Assembly (NCBI GenBank): GCA_963704165.1
Contig: CAVPHD010000004.1
Span: 1-64,000 of the forward strand
DNA from: an uncultured delta proteobacterium
GTDB lineage: Bacteria > Myxococcota_A > UBA9160 > SZUA-336
DNA length: 64,000 bases
Direction of reading: 5' to 3'
The notes under the pieces were generated by a model. That model was not told the DNA's origin, did no database searches, and saw nothing but the letters and a program-made list of their open reading frames with translations. Made by a program: the position numbers and the translations under genes. Shown one piece after another: positions 62,114 through 64,000 of this stretch; position 1 is the first letter of the stretch, and every line of letters begins with the position of its first letter.

Positions 62114-62130
62114 CTTAAGCGATGCTTAGG
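62114..62130. promoter_or_regulatory. PmrA/QseB-type direct-repeat box CTTAAG-N5-CTTAGG
   Basis: 11-bp-period hexamer repeat about 52 bp upstream of shp, in an operon encoding a PmrA/QseB-like regulator. Confidence 0.7.
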
Positions 62131-62196
62131 GCGCCGTTCGGATCGTCAGGCGGTGCGTTATCCACTGAGGACACCGAGTGCGGACGGAGGCCCGAG

Positions 62197-62649
62197 ATGA
62201 AGCTCGAGTACCTGATGACCTACCGCGTCGAGCTCGCACCGCCGGTCGCCGTCGGTGCCGGGCCGTTCGGCATGCGCCAGATCTTCGACGTCACGGGCGG
62301 TAGCTTCGAAGGCCCGGGGCTGCGCGGCAGATTTCTGCCGAGCGGTGCCGACTGGATCCTGATCGGCCCCGACGGCGTCGGCCGCCTCGACGTGCGCGGC
62401 ACGCTCGAGACCGACGACGGCGCACTCATCTATGTGCAGTACTGCGGCGTGCTCGACTTCGAAACGGTGATGGCGAAGTTCGCTCGCGGCGAGGCCACCG
62501 AGTTCGGCGAGATCTACTTCATGACCGCACCGCGCTTCGAGACCGGTGACGCGCGCTACGCCTGGCTGAACAAGCTGGTCTGCGTCGGCGAAGGGCGCGC
62601 GGGTCCGGGCTGGGTCGAGTACCGCGTCCACCAGGTCGTGAACGGCTGA
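62197..62649 (+). CDS. DUF3237 (UPF0311) protein
   Basis: TGGSFEG, GADW, LDVR..LETDDG, PRFETGD.RY.WLN. Confidence 0.88.
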   Translation: MKLEYLMTYRVELAPPVAVGAGPFGMRQIFDVTGGSFEGPGLRGRFLPSGADWILIGPDGVGRLDVRGTLETDDGALIYVQYCGVLDFETVMAKFARGEATEFGEIYFMTAPRFETGDARYAWLNKLVCVGEGRAGPGWVEYRVHQVVNG

Positions 62650-62694
62650 GCAGATCCGATCCGTCGGCGCGATGCCGAGCTTCCGTTGTGGTAC

Positions 62695-63561
62695 ATGACG
62701 GGCATGCTCGACCGAATCGACCGCGTGCAGATGGCGGTGCCCGATCGAAAGGCCGCCGCGGCGTGTTGGATCGCGATTCTCGGCGCCGAGCCGGATCGAG
62801 AGGATCGCGTTACGACGCTCGCGGCCCGGCGGACCCGCCTCCGGATCGGGCAGGGGTTCGTCGAGATCCTCGAGCCGGACGGCGAGGGTGCGATCGCCGA
62901 AGCCGTCCGGGCGAACGGCGCTCACCTGTTCGCGGCGGGCGCGAGCTCTCCCGATCTCGACGCGCTCCTCGCGCGCATCCGATCGCGCGGCGGATCGGCC
63001 GTCGTCGAGGACGGGCAGGCGTACCTCGGAGCCGACGCGGGTCTTCCGGGACTCCGCGTCGTGCTCGCTCCGAGCGAGCGGCGCCCGCCGGTCGGCGCCG
63101 TCGATCTGCTCTACGAGGTGACCTACCTCGTCGCCGACGCGCCCGAAGTCGTCGCGCGCTGCGCCGACGTCTTCGGACTCGACGCGAGTCACTTCGTTCC
63201 GATCGAATCGCCGCACTACGGCTATCGCGGCACGCTCACGCTCTTCGATCCCGGCCGTCTCGACCGCTTCGAGATCGTCCACCCGGGCGTCGCGACGAAG
63301 ACGATGGGCCGCTTCTTCGCGAAGCGCGGCGCTTCTCTGTACATGGCCTTTGCCGAGAGCGGTTCACTCGCCGCGATCGAGGACCGCGCACGCTCGCGCG
63401 GTGCCGGCTGCACGGCCTTCCCGCCCGCGAATCAGCGCGACGCGCACGGGATGCAGACGCTCTTCCTGCACCCGCCGGCCCTCGGCGGAATGATGCTCGG
63501 CATCTCCCGGCGGAACTGGGCCTGGACCTGGTCGGGAAGCCCGGAGCGCGCGCAAAGCTGA
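62695..63561 (+). CDS. VOC/glyoxalase-fold protein (tandem domains)
   Basis: IDRVQMAV.D, VEILEP, RFEIV.P, FLHP; start may be 62704. Confidence 0.7.
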   Translation: MTGMLDRIDRVQMAVPDRKAAAACWIAILGAEPDREDRVTTLAARRTRLRIGQGFVEILEPDGEGAIAEAVRANGAHLFAAGASSPDLDALLARIRSRGGSAVVEDGQAYLGADAGLPGLRVVLAPSERRPPVGAVDLLYEVTYLVADAPEVVARCADVFGLDASHFVPIESPHYGYRGTLTLFDPGRLDRFEIVHPGVATKTMGRFFAKRGASLYMAFAESGSLAAIEDRARSRGAGCTAFPPANQRDAHGMQTLFLHPPALGGMMLGISRRNWAWTWSGSPERAQS

Positions 63562-63613
63562 ACGGTCGGACCGAGCCGGCTTCGGTCGCCTGACCCTCGG
63601 GTTGCCTTATTTG

Positions 63614-63641
63614 TGAACACGATCATAATTGATCTCGTTCA
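63614..63641. promoter_or_regulatory. Inverted-repeat operator overlapping a sigma70-like promoter
   Basis: TGAACACGATCA-TAAT-TGATCTCGTTCA (10/12 arm match); TTGCCT-16 nt-CATAAT. Confidence 0.6.
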
Positions 63642-63680
63642 TCAGCTCTCGAGCGCCGCAACCAGAAGGAAGGGACGAAG

Positions 63681-64000
63681 ATGCGCTTCCGAACCGTTCT
63701 CGATCTCTGGCGCCAGGGCCAGCTTCGCGCCCTCGTCTCGGCGCAGCGCATCTCGGGACCGTACTACCGGCTGCTCTGGCTCGTCGCGGCTTTTCGCGCC
63801 GGGGTGCTGCGCCGCCTTGCGCAGGAGTCCGCGACTCTCGACGCGCTGAGTGCCGAGCGCGTGCGGAATCCGGCGGACCTCGAATGGTTCGAGCGTTGGC
63901 TCGAGCTCGGCGTGCGCGTCGGTGCGCTCCGCTTCGATGGCTCTCGCTACTCGCTACGCAGCCGGCTCGCGCGCGCGCTCGCCGAGCCGCGGAACGACGC
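63681..64000 (+). CDS. Partial CDS, probable N-terminal wHTH domain of a SAM methyltransferase
   Basis: ATG 63681 after a purine-rich RBS; open to window end (MRFRTVLDLWRQ...WLELGVRVGALRFDGSRYSL). Confidence 0.55.
   Translation, partial: MRFRTVLDLWRQGQLRALVSAQRISGPYYRLLWLVAAFRAGVLRRLAQESATLDALSAERVRNPADLEWFERWLELGVRVGALRFDGSRYSLRSRLARALAEPRND

Overview
High-GC, gene-dense bacterial DNA from a diderm (porin, TonB/TBDT, lipoboxes, PEP-CTERM, c-type multiheme cytochromes); a Myxococcota/Deltaproteobacteria-like lineage is inferred, not shown. Local indels, densest at about 23.3-27.5 kb, look like assembly errors. Main blocks: (1) 11-22219 is a co-directional, translationally coupled cluster with porin, FAD oxidoreductase, GT-C-like membrane protein, PAS histidine kinase and sigma54 response regulator. 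Two downstream operons each have a -24/-12 promoter and the same upstream 19-bp motif at identical 40-bp offset. They encode lipoproteins/TPR/MMPL, then a PaaK-like ligase, WD40 protein, O-methyltransferase, Tyr-less SDR, flippase-like/pentaheme fusion, cytochrome b and a 13-heme cytochrome. This is the best candidate for an undescribed system. (2) AI-2E transporter and CopA. (3) 25.7-38.9 kb is an actinobacterial-type sterol side-chain block (acyl-CoA ligase, ltp3, ltp4, DUF35 pair, KstR-like TetR with an exact KstR operator, F420 LLM enzyme, MMPL). (4) A PA0069/Rv2578c-type radical SAM gene with a 290-aa intein splitting its CxxxCxxC motif. (5) Lipid-catabolic genes and a wHTH-AAA-TPR regulator islet. 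(6) A CDF-TonB-Met-rich PEP-CTERM-OprC-like copper uptake cluster. (7) An SHP-DHC-cytochrome b-QseBC-like operon with a PmrA-type box. No rRNA, tRNA, CRISPR or transposase was recognised. All family calls come from motif recognition, not database searches.
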